A DNA stretch of 63,333 nucleotides, from contig JAJRTR010000038.1 in NCBI GenBank assembly GCA_024278215.1, positions 1 to 63,333 on the forward strand. Reading direction: 5' to 3'. A program made the position numbers and the translations under genes. This DNA comes from a bacterium (lineage in GTDB: Bacteria > UBP15 > UBA6099 > JAJRTR01). Shown here one piece after another: positions 1 to 9,197 of this stretch. Under the pieces are notes generated by a model. It saw nothing but the letters and a program-made list of their open reading frames with translations. It did no database searches and was not told where the DNA came from. Each line of letters begins with the position of its first letter. Position 1 is the stretch's first letter.

Positions 1-84
1 CGGCCAGGTCCGTTTTCGCGCCGACAACGCAGCTATGGACAATAGCAGCCGACCACAGCAGAATCAGAATTTTGCAATTGGCTC
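1..84 (+). mobile_element. MITE family 1, right part (cut by the window edge)
   Basis: Ends in AATTTTGCAATTGGCTC; internal GCGCCGACAACGCAGCTATGGACAATAGCAGCCGACC matches the 30291-30467 copy. Confidence 0.8.
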
Positions 85-106
85 TTATAGATAAGGGAAG
101 AACCTT

Positions 107-1291
107 TTGAGAGTAATGATAAATGCCGCCTCCGCCAACATGGGAGGTGCCCTGACATACCTGATGAATGTTCTCGCCGAGCTTCCGTCTTTCGCCGGCG
201 GCAACGACCGCTTCATCGTTATCGTGCCGCCCCGCACTCTCGAGATACTCGACACTTTCACGGATAACAACCTGATCGAACTGATTCCTTTCGACGGTGT
301 TTCCGGACAATATATGCAACGACTTTCCTTCGATCATTTCGGCATCCCTTCCCTGCTTAAACATCACAATTGCGATGTGCTATTCTCATCGACCGGCTTC
401 GGAAGCCTGCGCTGCCCGTGTCCACAGATATTGCTCTTACGCAACCTGGTTTACTTCAGTCCCGAGTTTCACAACAGGAGAAACGAATCGCTGAAAACCT
501 TTTACATACGGCGCGCCCGGCGCGCTCTCAGCCTCATGTCTGTAAAGTCCGCGGACATCGTTATGTTCCCGACCGACGCCATGCGGCGGATGGTCGGGAA
601 GAACATCGCCCTGGGCGACAAACCGGCTATACCCATGCACTACGGTTTCTCTCGCGACCGCTTCTTCAACACCGGCTCCGAAAAACCGCAACTCGCCCGA
701 GACATCGACCGCTGGAAGGCCGAAGGCTGCCTCATCATGCTCAATATCGCTTCTTATGCGGTCCAGAAAAATTTTGAAACAGTAATCGAGTCTCTGCCGG
801 CGGTTGTAAACTCGGGTATCAGCCTGAAATTCGTCACAACACTTTCACGCGACATACTCGGCGTCGAGCGCGTGCACTACGACAGGATGCTCGATCGCGT
901 GAAAGAGCTCGGGCTCGAGGACGTACTCGTCAGGGGCGGGCAGTTCGACTATCGGAAACTGCATTATCTTTACACGAGGGCGGATGTATTTATTTTTCCG
1001 TCATTCACGGAATCTTTCGGACACCCGCTGGTAGAAGCAATGTGCTGCGGACTGCCTGTCGTCGCGGCCGACACCGAAGTGAGCAGGGAACTCTGCGGCG
1101 ACGCGGCGATGTATTTCCAAGCCGCGAGTGTGCAGGAATGCGCGGAAACATTGAAAATACTTTTCCATAGTCCGGACCTCAGGGAAGAGATGCGCAGGCG
1201 CGCGAATGCCAGGGGGGAACACTTCTCGTGGACAAATTATACTGCTGAACTAATGAATATTTTCAGGCGGGCGGCGGACATGAAAAAGTAA
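107..1291 (+). CDS. GT4 family glycosyltransferase
   Basis: FIFPSFTESFGHPLVEAMCCGLPVV (GT-B E-x7-E motif). Confidence 0.9.
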   Translation: MRVMINAASANMGGALTYLMNVLAELPSFAGGNDRFIVIVPPRTLEILDTFTDNNLIELIPFDGVSGQYMQRLSFDHFGIPSLLKHHNCDVLFSSTGFGSLRCPCPQILLLRNLVYFSPEFHNRRNESLKTFYIRRARRALSLMSVKSADIVMFPTDAMRRMVGKNIALGDKPAIPMHYGFSRDRFFNTGSEKPQLARDIDRWKAEGCLIMLNIASYAVQKNFETVIESLPAVVNSGISLKFVTTLSRDILGVERVHYDRMLDRVKELGLEDVLVRGGQFDYRKLHYLYTRADVFIFPSFTESFGHPLVEAMCCGLPVVAADTEVSRELCGDAAMYFQAASVQECAETLKILFHSPDLREEMRRRANARGEHFSWTNYTAELMNIFRRAADMKK

Positions 1292-1383
1292 CATTCTTAT
1301 ATCCGTCATATCGAGGAACTATCGCAATCCCGCGAAAAATATTTTATATTTAGTAACGGAGAATATACGGTCATGAGCATAAC

Positions 1384-2868
1384 GTGAAAAATAATGACCG
1401 TTCATACGGAAATAACATTATGAAAGCATTTTTCTATCATCCGTTGTCCAACCCCGACGGCTATTCGGAGCCGCCCCTCGGGCTTGCATATCTCATGCGC
1501 GTCGCGAAGGAAAAGGGCTGGGAATACGAATTCTACGACGAAAACCATCATCGCCATAAGTTTCCGATCGACAATCTTTTCAAACACTTCCGGCCCGATC
1601 TTTTTGTAGTGTCTATGATGACGCCGCAGTACGTCGAGACAAAGAATGCGTTGAAATATTTTAAGAAGGAGTTTCCCGATTCGACAATAATCATCGGCGG
1701 CCCGCACCCGACCGCCCTTCCGGCGCAGACACTCGATGAATTCAGTGAAGTAGACTATCTCGCAAAGGGCGAAGGCGAAAAAACATTTGCCGAATTCATC
1801 GAATTCATGGAAGGCCACCGCGAAATCGACTCGATAAACGGTCTGTTCTTCCGCAGGGACGGCAGGGTGGTTTCCAACCCGCCGCGCGAACTGCTCACGC
1901 GCGAAGAACTCGACGAGGCCGAAGTCGACTATGAAAAACTCTACGAACACGGCCCGTACAAAGTTAAACTCAGCTACACGGATTATGTCGGGCCGGGCTT
2001 CACGTTCATCACGGCGCGCGGCTACCCCAACAAATGCACTTTCTGTGACGAGGGCAATATCTGGAAGGGCAAAGTCCGCATGAGGTCGATGGATAAAGTC
2101 GTCGCGGAAGTCGAATACCTCGTAAAAAACTGGAACGCGAAATACTTCAACATCCTCGACGATACTTTCACGCTTTCGACGAAACGGGTAAAAGAATTCT
2201 GTGAGCGCGTGCGACCGCTGAATCTGAAATTCAGGATCACTTCGACGATAAGGGAAATGAACGAAGAGATGCTCGCTGCGCTTAAAAGCGCGGGCTGCGA
2301 ACTCATCGCCTACGGCGTCGAGTCCGGAGACAACGAAGTCCTGCGGATAATGCGCAAACGCCAGACGACCGACGAGATAAAAGCTACATTCGCGATGACG
2401 AAAAGATACGGCATTATCACATACGCGCTCTGCATGGTCGGCAACATCGGCGAAGACATGGCGGCTGTACGCGAAACCGCGCAACTCATCAAGGACATCA
2501 AAGCCGATCTCATGTCCTGCTCGATCATGATACCCTACCCCGGCAGCGCGAATTACAGGGTCTGCAATGAAAACGGCTGGATAATCCACACAGGCTGGGA
2601 AAACTGGGTGCCCTCGGTGCTGAAAATGAAGAACTTCCAGGGCGTCACACGCACCGACAAGATGGACGCGGACGAGATTCTAAAAGCCTACTACTTTATG
2701 AACCGCACGATAGTCACGACACGGTTCAAGCACAAATACGGAAACCTTTACTACCTTAAACCAGACTTTTATTTTAGAGAGATATTGCCGAGGCTCAAAA
2801 GTATCGGGCTGGCCGCTTTCCTGAAACACGCCCTGCGCATGTTCGGCCACTCGGAAAAATCGGGATAG
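1384..2868 (+). CDS. B12-binding radical SAM protein (first motif Cys replaced by Tyr); start may be ATG at 1420
   Basis: PPLGLAYL, GGPHPT, GEGE, RGYPNKCTFC, GVESG, PYPGS. Confidence 0.85.
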   Translation: MKNNDRSYGNNIMKAFFYHPLSNPDGYSEPPLGLAYLMRVAKEKGWEYEFYDENHHRHKFPIDNLFKHFRPDLFVVSMMTPQYVETKNALKYFKKEFPDSTIIIGGPHPTALPAQTLDEFSEVDYLAKGEGEKTFAEFIEFMEGHREIDSINGLFFRRDGRVVSNPPRELLTREELDEAEVDYEKLYEHGPYKVKLSYTDYVGPGFTFITARGYPNKCTFCDEGNIWKGKVRMRSMDKVVAEVEYLVKNWNAKYFNILDDTFTLSTKRVKEFCERVRPLNLKFRITSTIREMNEEMLAALKSAGCELIAYGVESGDNEVLRIMRKRQTTDEIKATFAMTKRYGIITYALCMVGNIGEDMAAVRETAQLIKDIKADLMSCSIMIPYPGSANYRVCNENGWIIHTGWENWVPSVLKMKNFQGVTRTDKMDADEILKAYYFMNRTIVTTRFKHKYGNLYYLKPDFYFREILPRLKSIGLAAFLKHALRMFGHSEKSG

Positions 2869-2897
2869 CACTTTATAAGGATCACACTGCAATCATT

Positions 2898-3803
2898 ATG
2901 GAAAAACTCCCTGTCAGCGTAATAATACTGACCTTCAACGAAGAAGAAAACCTGCCCGACGCTATCGACAGCGTCAGTGACTGGGCACATGAAATCTTCG
3001 TTGTCGACAGCCTCAGCACGGATAAAACCGTGGACATCGCACTCGCGGCAGGTGCGCGGGTTGTACAGCGACCGTTTAAGAATATAGGTGACCAGTGGTG
3101 CTGGGCTCTGGACATGCTGCCCATCGACCAGCCCTGGATACTGAAACTCGACGCGGACGAGCGCGTAAGCGACGCGCTGCACCGAGAAATCGACGACGTC
3201 GTCAACAACTGCGCCGCCGCCCACGACGGTTACTTTATCAGGGTGCGGCTCTGGTTCATGGGCAGGCCGCTTCATGTTGTCGTCAAAACATGCCGCCTCT
3301 GGAAAAACGGCAAAGGCAGCTTCTCGAACGTCGCTATAAATGAACATGTGCATATCGACGGCTCTGTGGGTACACTCGCCGGATACATCGAACACGTCGA
3401 CAGCCCCAACCTGCACCGCTGGTTCGATAAGCAGAACCGCTATACCACGATCACCGCCGTTCAACACGTCACCGGGCAGGTCTACCCGACGAAACCCAAC
3501 CTGCTGGGCTCGCCGCTCGAGCGCCAGATGTTCTTCAAGAAGATTTTCTATCGCGTTCCGTTCAGGTACGTTTTTCACTGGCTGCACGAGGCATTCGTCC
3601 GCCGCGCGATACTCGACGGCCGCGCCGGGCTTACATGGGTCGCGTTGCGAACCTTTGTGCGGAAATCGGCCCAGTACAAGATCGCCGAGATAAACACGAC
3701 CGGACGGATTCCCGAACTCCCGCCCGTACCAGCGGGCGGCTACGACCCGCGCGTTCTCGAATCGCCGCTCCAGAAGCTGGTTATGCGCAATGATCGAAAC
3801 TAG
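2898..3803 (+). CDS. GT2 family glycosyltransferase
   Basis: VSVIILTFNEE, VVDSLSTDKT, LDADE. Confidence 0.9.
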   Translation: MEKLPVSVIILTFNEEENLPDAIDSVSDWAHEIFVVDSLSTDKTVDIALAAGARVVQRPFKNIGDQWCWALDMLPIDQPWILKLDADERVSDALHREIDDVVNNCAAAHDGYFIRVRLWFMGRPLHVVVKTCRLWKNGKGSFSNVAINEHVHIDGSVGTLAGYIEHVDSPNLHRWFDKQNRYTTITAVQHVTGQVYPTKPNLLGSPLERQMFFKKIFYRVPFRYVFHWLHEAFVRRAILDGRAGLTWVALRTFVRKSAQYKIAEINTTGRIPELPPVPAGGYDPRVLESPLQKLVMRNDRN

Positions 3804-3833
3804 AATAGACGGTTGTAGTTACGCACAGGAATA

Positions 3834-5165
3834 ATGAGCACAAGATACAAACTTAAACAACTCGCGGAACACATTCCCGGCCCCGTCGGGAAAGCGCTCG
3901 CGCGTGTCCCCTATGCGTGGAAGCTCGGCCCGGTTTACAAGAAGACAAAAAAGGAACACGACGAGTTCGAACGGCTGCCTGTTGCGCGAAAAAAAGAAAT
4001 AATCACTCGCCGTGTCCGCAAAATCGCATTATTCGCATATAAGAACATCGAGTTTTATAAGGAACGATACGACCGGGCCGGATTCGCTCCTTCGAGCATA
4101 AGTGATTTCGAGGACATCGCGCGCGCGCCGATATTTACAAAAGGCGATTTGCGTGCGGCAGGTATCGAGAAGCGAACCCACACGGAACCCGGCATGTTGC
4201 AGATAAACACAGGCGGCTCGTCCGGCGAACCGCTCGAATTCCATATCGACCGCCACGCGTTCGCTCGCGAATGGGCTTTCATGCACACGATATGGGCGGC
4301 GGGCGGCTACGAGCCGAAAAATCTGAAAATCACTTTTCGCGGTAAAAATCTCGGCGATGCCCCCATGCGATTCAACCCTGTACACAACGAATATTACATA
4401 AACGCATACTGCACGCCGAACGTGCAGGCCGATGCGATAAAAACCGTCGCCGCCTCCGTTCGACACGTGCACGGCTACCCTTCATCCATATACGAATTCG
4501 TTCGCTTCTGTGCCGTCAACAGGCCGGACGTGCTCGATATCCTTCGCAATAATGTAAGGTCTGTTATGATGGGGTCGGAATTCCCCGCGCCCGTTTACCG
4601 CGACCTGATAGAGGAAAAACTTTGCGATAAAACGATCTCGTGGTACGGACTTTCCGAGATGACTATACTCGCGCCCGAAACGGATAGATACCTGTATGCG
4701 CCGTTCCACTACTATGGATATTGCGAGGCGGTCGACAACGGAGACGGAAGGTTCAGGCTCATCGGCACAAGTTGCGACAACACGGCGTCTCCATTTATAC
4801 GATACGACACCGGCGACCTCGTCGCGCCTGTATACGACGACGGATTGCTCGTCGGCTTTCGTATCGAAGACGGGCGCGTCGGCGAATTCGTAACAGACAG
4901 AAACGGCAACCGCATAGCGCTCACATCACTGATATTCGGTCGCCACCACACGATATTCGGCAGCGCGAAATTTATCCAGATCGCACAGTCGGAACCCGGA
5001 GAAGCGACACTCGTTGTGGTGCCCGTCGATGGCCGGAACATCACTGCGGACGAAGCGCGTGCCGGGTTCGACCTCACGAATGTGGAAATTGATTTCACCG
5101 TGGTAATACGACAGGAACCATATAAAACACCGGCCGGAAAAGTTCCGCTTATCGCGCTGGAATAA
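3834..5165 (+). CDS. Phenylacetate-CoA ligase-like (CapK-type) adenylate-forming protein
   Basis: TGGSSGEP, GYPSS, YGLSE, PFIRYDTGD, GK near C-terminus; lies within a glycosyltransferase cluster. Confidence 0.8.
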   Translation: MSTRYKLKQLAEHIPGPVGKALARVPYAWKLGPVYKKTKKEHDEFERLPVARKKEIITRRVRKIALFAYKNIEFYKERYDRAGFAPSSISDFEDIARAPIFTKGDLRAAGIEKRTHTEPGMLQINTGGSSGEPLEFHIDRHAFAREWAFMHTIWAAGGYEPKNLKITFRGKNLGDAPMRFNPVHNEYYINAYCTPNVQADAIKTVAASVRHVHGYPSSIYEFVRFCAVNRPDVLDILRNNVRSVMMGSEFPAPVYRDLIEEKLCDKTISWYGLSEMTILAPETDRYLYAPFHYYGYCEAVDNGDGRFRLIGTSCDNTASPFIRYDTGDLVAPVYDDGLLVGFRIEDGRVGEFVTDRNGNRIALTSLIFGRHHTIFGSAKFIQIAQSEPGEATLVVVPVDGRNITADEARAGFDLTNVEIDFTVVIRQEPYKTPAGKVPLIALE

Positions 5166-5200
5166 TGTTGAACAAACATTGTCACGATGAATGATCGGAA

Positions 5201-6517
5201 TTGCTCCAGATGAACGAAAAAAAACCAAAAGTCATCATAAGAAAATGCGAACGGTACGACACCGACGCGGTCGAAAGAATCGTCCGCGAGTGTTTTGCCG
5301 ACCTTGCTTTCACGCCGTGCGGCAATGTGCTGATAAAACCCAATATCGTCACTGCCAACAGGCATTACATACATCACTCATATACACATCCGGCTGTAGT
5401 GGGGGGCTTGATACGTGTCCTGAAACATAACGGCATCGACGGCAAAAGAATCACAATCGGCGAATCCAGCGGCTACGGGATACCGCCGGGACTATTCATG
5501 TACGAGTCGGGCTACGCTGCGCTGGCAAAGCGCATGGGAGTGAAGATAGTCGACTTCAACGAGGATGATTCCGAGTGGGTCGACCTGAAACGAAGTAGGG
5601 CGCATCCGGGTTTCAACGTCGCGAAAAGCATAATGCGGGCCGACACGAAAATCTGGGCTACGAAACTCAAATACCATATATGCTGCCAGGTCACAAATGC
5701 TCTCAAACTTAATATCGGCCTCCTGCAACATCGCGACAGGATGAAGTTTCACGACGACAGGCTGAACGAAAAGATTGTGGATATGCTGGAGATAGGATAC
5801 CCGGATGTCGTGGTCACGGATGCGATAGTTATCGGCCACGGCTACGAATCCGCACCGCGCGGTATCGACCTGGGTGTTGTTATGGTCGCCGACGATCCGC
5901 TCGCCGCGGACGCGGTCGCCGCCTTCGCGCTCGGCTATGAACCCGCGGATGTCGTGCACCTGCGAATTGCTGCCGAACGCGGCTACGGCTCTATCAACCT
6001 CGACGACTTCGACATATCCGGCGACACCGCCCTCGACGAACTAAGAGACATCACGCGCGGTGTCGAAAGCGAGTATCAGGACATCCACAAAGTAAAAACG
6101 CCGATAAAATTTTACTGTGGTTATTCGCCGGGCAGGAAAGAATTCTGCTACGGCGGCTGCCTTGCGGCCGTGAAAGGCTGCCTCGGTACGATAGACAAAC
6201 GCAGGCCCGGCTCGGTCGCCGCCGCCCGGCCCGGCGCGATAGTGACGGGCATAAACGATTGCGATGTGATACACCCCGGCCAGACGGTAGTGCTCGTGGG
6301 CGATTGCACAAAGGTCACCGGCAGGCTCGAGGCAGCGAAAGTAAAACGACTGAAAGGCTGCCCCATCGGTACGTCGCAACTGATATTCGGGCTTCCCGGC
6401 AGCTTCGGACTGCCCAGCCCGGCGAGCGATGCGGATGCCGCAGTCAAGTTTGTATACTTCACGCTGAGAAGTTTTTTCCGTAGAATCACCCTGAAAATAA
6501 GATCAATATTTTCGTAG
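5201..6517 (+). CDS. DUF362 family Fe-S protein
   Basis: VLIKPN, THPAVV, IGESSG, KLKYH...TNALKL, D(P)LAADAV; Cys-rich C-terminus (GDC, GCP). Confidence 0.8.
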   Translation: MLQMNEKKPKVIIRKCERYDTDAVERIVRECFADLAFTPCGNVLIKPNIVTANRHYIHHSYTHPAVVGGLIRVLKHNGIDGKRITIGESSGYGIPPGLFMYESGYAALAKRMGVKIVDFNEDDSEWVDLKRSRAHPGFNVAKSIMRADTKIWATKLKYHICCQVTNALKLNIGLLQHRDRMKFHDDRLNEKIVDMLEIGYPDVVVTDAIVIGHGYESAPRGIDLGVVMVADDPLAADAVAAFALGYEPADVVHLRIAAERGYGSINLDDFDISGDTALDELRDITRGVESEYQDIHKVKTPIKFYCGYSPGRKEFCYGGCLAAVKGCLGTIDKRRPGSVAAARPGAIVTGINDCDVIHPGQTVVLVGDCTKVTGRLEAAKVKRLKGCPIGTSQLIFGLPGSFGLPSPASDADAAVKFVYFTLRSFFRRITLKIRSIFS

Positions 6518-6553
6518 TAATATCATCCGTACCATAATCTCCGGAATAATATC

Positions 6554-6858
6554 TTGAACTTGTGCGTTTTTCATAAAAGGTAGTGCCATGTCAAGAAAGA
6601 AAGGATGTAAGACGGGGTAGTGTAAAAACTATAAAAGTGTACGGCGGGGTCACCGTAACACGCATGAACATATTTCTCGCGAAAACGGTTTGTACAGGCA
6701 CAAGTTGAGGCGGGGTACGGTGACCCCACCCTTCCAGCGACATTACAAGCCTGACGTGACAGTAGTCGAATTTCAGGAGATACGGTCCGGAATTGAGGTG
6801 CAAATTCAAGTCGTGTCCCCGAAATTCTCACTTGATTTTGAAAAACGCACAAGTTCAG
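6554..6858. mobile_element. ~305-bp MITE, IS4-family (ISPepr1-like) ends
   Basis: Perfect 19-bp IR TGAACTTGTGCGTTTTTCA (6555-6573 / 6839-6857); direct repeat TAATATC(T) at 6547 and 6859; no transposase ORF. Confidence 0.8.
6643..6733. repeat. REP doublet (family 3) nested in the MITE
   Basis: GGGGTCACCGTA / TACGGTGACCCC inverted pair; the whole unit aligns with 31592-31685 in the opposite orientation. Confidence 0.7.
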
Positions 6859-6898
6859 TAATATCTTGAAAAGTGGTTGAGCGAAGGAGTATCGCCGA

Positions 6899-8086
6899 CT
6901 ACATTTTAAAATGCTTTGGCGACATCAGGACCGGACCGGCGTTTATCAATATGTTCGCCGCCATCTGCAACGCGCGTTTTTGCAATATGCCGTAGTCGGG
7001 TTTCTCTCCCGCCGCCTCCTGCACGAGCTGCACGAGCGGCATCATCTTCGGGGCTAACGGATTCATCAGCCCCATCATGCCGAGCGTCAACTGGCAGCCG
7101 TTGCAGTATGTAACCGCCATGTCGGTTTCTGCCTTGCGCATATCGTTTGTGCGTTGCAGCCCGGCGCTGATCATGTCGTACATACTGTAGCGCCCAACTC
7201 CGGCGGCAAGCCCGCAGCAGCGCGAGTCGTTCCTGTTGTATTGCGCTTCTTCTATACGCGCACCCAGCGCCTCGAGTAGTTTTCTGGGCGATTCATGTAT
7301 ATCCGGTGCCATCATCTTCGCGTGGCACGAGTCCTGCACGCAAACTATTTTGTTCATTTTCTTTTTAAGTTTCAGTGTGCCGGACTCGATGCGCTCGAGC
7401 AGCCAAGTTGCGAGGAACTGCTTCTCGAAATCGAACTCGATGCCGAACTCACGAGGCAGCACATTGGAAATAATGTTCATGCACGCCGCACAGATAAAAA
7501 CCATCTTTTTAATTTTGAAGCGATCCAGTGTTTTTTTCAGTGCGAGACCTGTTTTTTCCGCGTCGTCGAAAAGCCCCATCCGGTAATACATCTCGCCGCA
7601 GCAGTAATCGAGTGAGCCGAAAGGTGACAGACCGTCGAAAATCTCCGATTCGAATATTCGCGGGAACATCAGGGAATTGCAGCCGGTATAGAGCACAACC
7701 TCGGAATCCGGCGGCCCGGCCAGTCTGTCGACAATCTTTTTTTCCTTCGCGGAATACTGTATTTGCGACCTGAAGTTCGGCTCCGAGTGTGGCATCATGT
7801 AGCGGGCGCGCTCGGGCAGTCCTTTTTTGTTATAGCGCATATACCACAGTGAACGTATGAGGGTATAAGGTCTGTTGCCGTTCGGGCAATACGTGTCGCA
7901 GGTCCAGCACCCGACGCACTTGCGCACTACCACACTGCCGCGGCCTTTGCGCATTCGTCGCATCTCGCGGGCGGCCTGTGCGAGGCTGAAGTCCATATAA
8001 GGACAGTGTGTCAGGCATTCACCACAGGCTGCGCATTCGTCGTAATTGTATTGTTCGATAACATTTCCGGGGCCGTCCTTCATCAT
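6899..8086 (-). CDS. Fe-S oxidoreductase with ferredoxin and CCG domains (GlpC/HdrD-like)
   Basis: CAACGECLTHCP, CVGCWTCDTYCP, YCCG, QDSCH, RCCG, YCNGC. Confidence 0.85.
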   Translation of the reverse strand: MMKDGPGNVIEQYNYDECAACGECLTHCPYMDFSLAQAAREMRRMRKGRGSVVVRKCVGCWTCDTYCPNGNRPYTLIRSLWYMRYNKKGLPERARYMMPHSEPNFRSQIQYSAKEKKIVDRLAGPPDSEVVLYTGCNSLMFPRIFESEIFDGLSPFGSLDYCCGEMYYRMGLFDDAEKTGLALKKTLDRFKIKKMVFICAACMNIISNVLPREFGIEFDFEKQFLATWLLERIESGTLKLKKKMNKIVCVQDSCHAKMMAPDIHESPRKLLEALGARIEEAQYNRNDSRCCGLAAGVGRYSMYDMISAGLQRTNDMRKAETDMAVTYCNGCQLTLGMMGLMNPLAPKMMPLVQLVQEAAGEKPDYGILQKRALQMAANILINAGPVLMSPKHFKM

Positions 8087-8112
8087 TCACACAAATCCTT
8101 TCTCATTCTGTC

Positions 8113-8149
8113 GAGCCGCTTGCAGTAGCAGTTATATTGCTGTCGGCTC
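8113..8149. repeat. MITE family 1 miniature derivative
   Basis: GAGCCGCTTGCA...TGTCGGCTC ends. Confidence 0.5.
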
Positions 8150-8166
8150 TGCCGGTCGAGGTATTA

Positions 8167-9072
8167 TCAAGCCATATTTTGCGACATTAATTTCTTAGCT
8201 TTCGGCACGGGCAGCGCCTGGAAGCGCAGGAGCGATTCGAGCGATTCGATACCGGCACGCTGAAGGCGGTCGAGAGCGTGGATAAGCAGTTCAGCCGTCG
8301 CCCATGCGTCGCCGTGGCCGCGGTGTCTCTCGTTCGGGTCGAGGTCGAGGTGCAGCATGTCTATTATGTGATCGAGGCAGTAAGACGGCTCGCCGGGGAA
8401 CACACGCCGCGCGAGTTTTACCGTGCACAGAACATCGTTCTCAACAGGCGGGTGTCCACATCTTGCGAGTTCCGCGTTGATAAAAGCAAAGTCGAACCGC
8501 GCATTATGTGCCACGAAAACGCCGTCTCCAAGGAAATCCAGAAACTTCGGGAATACCTCCTCGATCCTGGGCGAATGTTCGACATGTTCATCGTAGATGC
8601 CTGTGAGATGCGATATCGGCAGCGGTATTTTGCGGTCCGGATTGACCAGCGCCATCATCGAGCCCCTTATGCTGCCGCCGACGGCCCTGAACGCGCCGAT
8701 CTCGATAATGCGGTTGTTTGCGCTTCTGCCGCCAGTGGTTTCGAGATCGACAATTACGAACGGTACGATGTCGAGACTGTTGAATTCACAGTCCACGAGC
8801 CGCCAGCGTCCGTCTTCGCACTCGAAGCTGTCTGTGCCGCCTATGACGTCTTCGACAAGCTTTGCGGCTATCGCGGGCGGAACGGATTTTATGCCCATCG
8901 CGTGGCGCGCCAGTTGCGCGGGTTTCATTCCGTCCGGTTTGCCTCTGAGCAACTCTTTTATTCTTTTTACGAGTCGAATATTTCTATTTCCGTCTTTCAT
9001 CGGGTCCAGCGCATGAGACGAACAACCGCACTGCTGCCCGTCCGAATGTCCTGTGCAATCGCAATCGTGCAT
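8167..9072 (-). CDS. DEDDh 3'-5' exonuclease (DNA pol III epsilon/PolC-like) with N-terminal extension
   Basis: VDLETTG, IIEIGA, HNARFD, HRGHGDA. Confidence 0.85.
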   Translation of the reverse strand: MHDCDCTGHSDGQQCGCSSHALDPMKDGNRNIRLVKRIKELLRGKPDGMKPAQLARHAMGIKSVPPAIAAKLVEDVIGGTDSFECEDGRWRLVDCEFNSLDIVPFVIVDLETTGGRSANNRIIEIGAFRAVGGSIRGSMMALVNPDRKIPLPISHLTGIYDEHVEHSPRIEEVFPKFLDFLGDGVFVAHNARFDFAFINAELARCGHPPVENDVLCTVKLARRVFPGEPSYCLDHIIDMLHLDLDPNERHRGHGDAWATAELLIHALDRLQRAGIESLESLLRFQALPVPKAKKLMSQNMA

Positions 9073-9197
9073 AATAAGGTGACCTGTCTTTCAGCTTTTA
9101 TCGCACCGCAGGCGGCTCGAATGTGTTGCATTCGCTGCCGCGACCATGTCTTGCGTTTCCGCCTGGGACGGTGGGGACGAGTAAAACAATACACCCA

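Noticed and set aside
1402-2589. Long antisense ORFs (also 8278-9258, 23340-24473, 30807-31628, 59753-61141 and others)
   Set aside because: Shadow frames of well-supported genes; they have no motifs and are expected from the codon bias.
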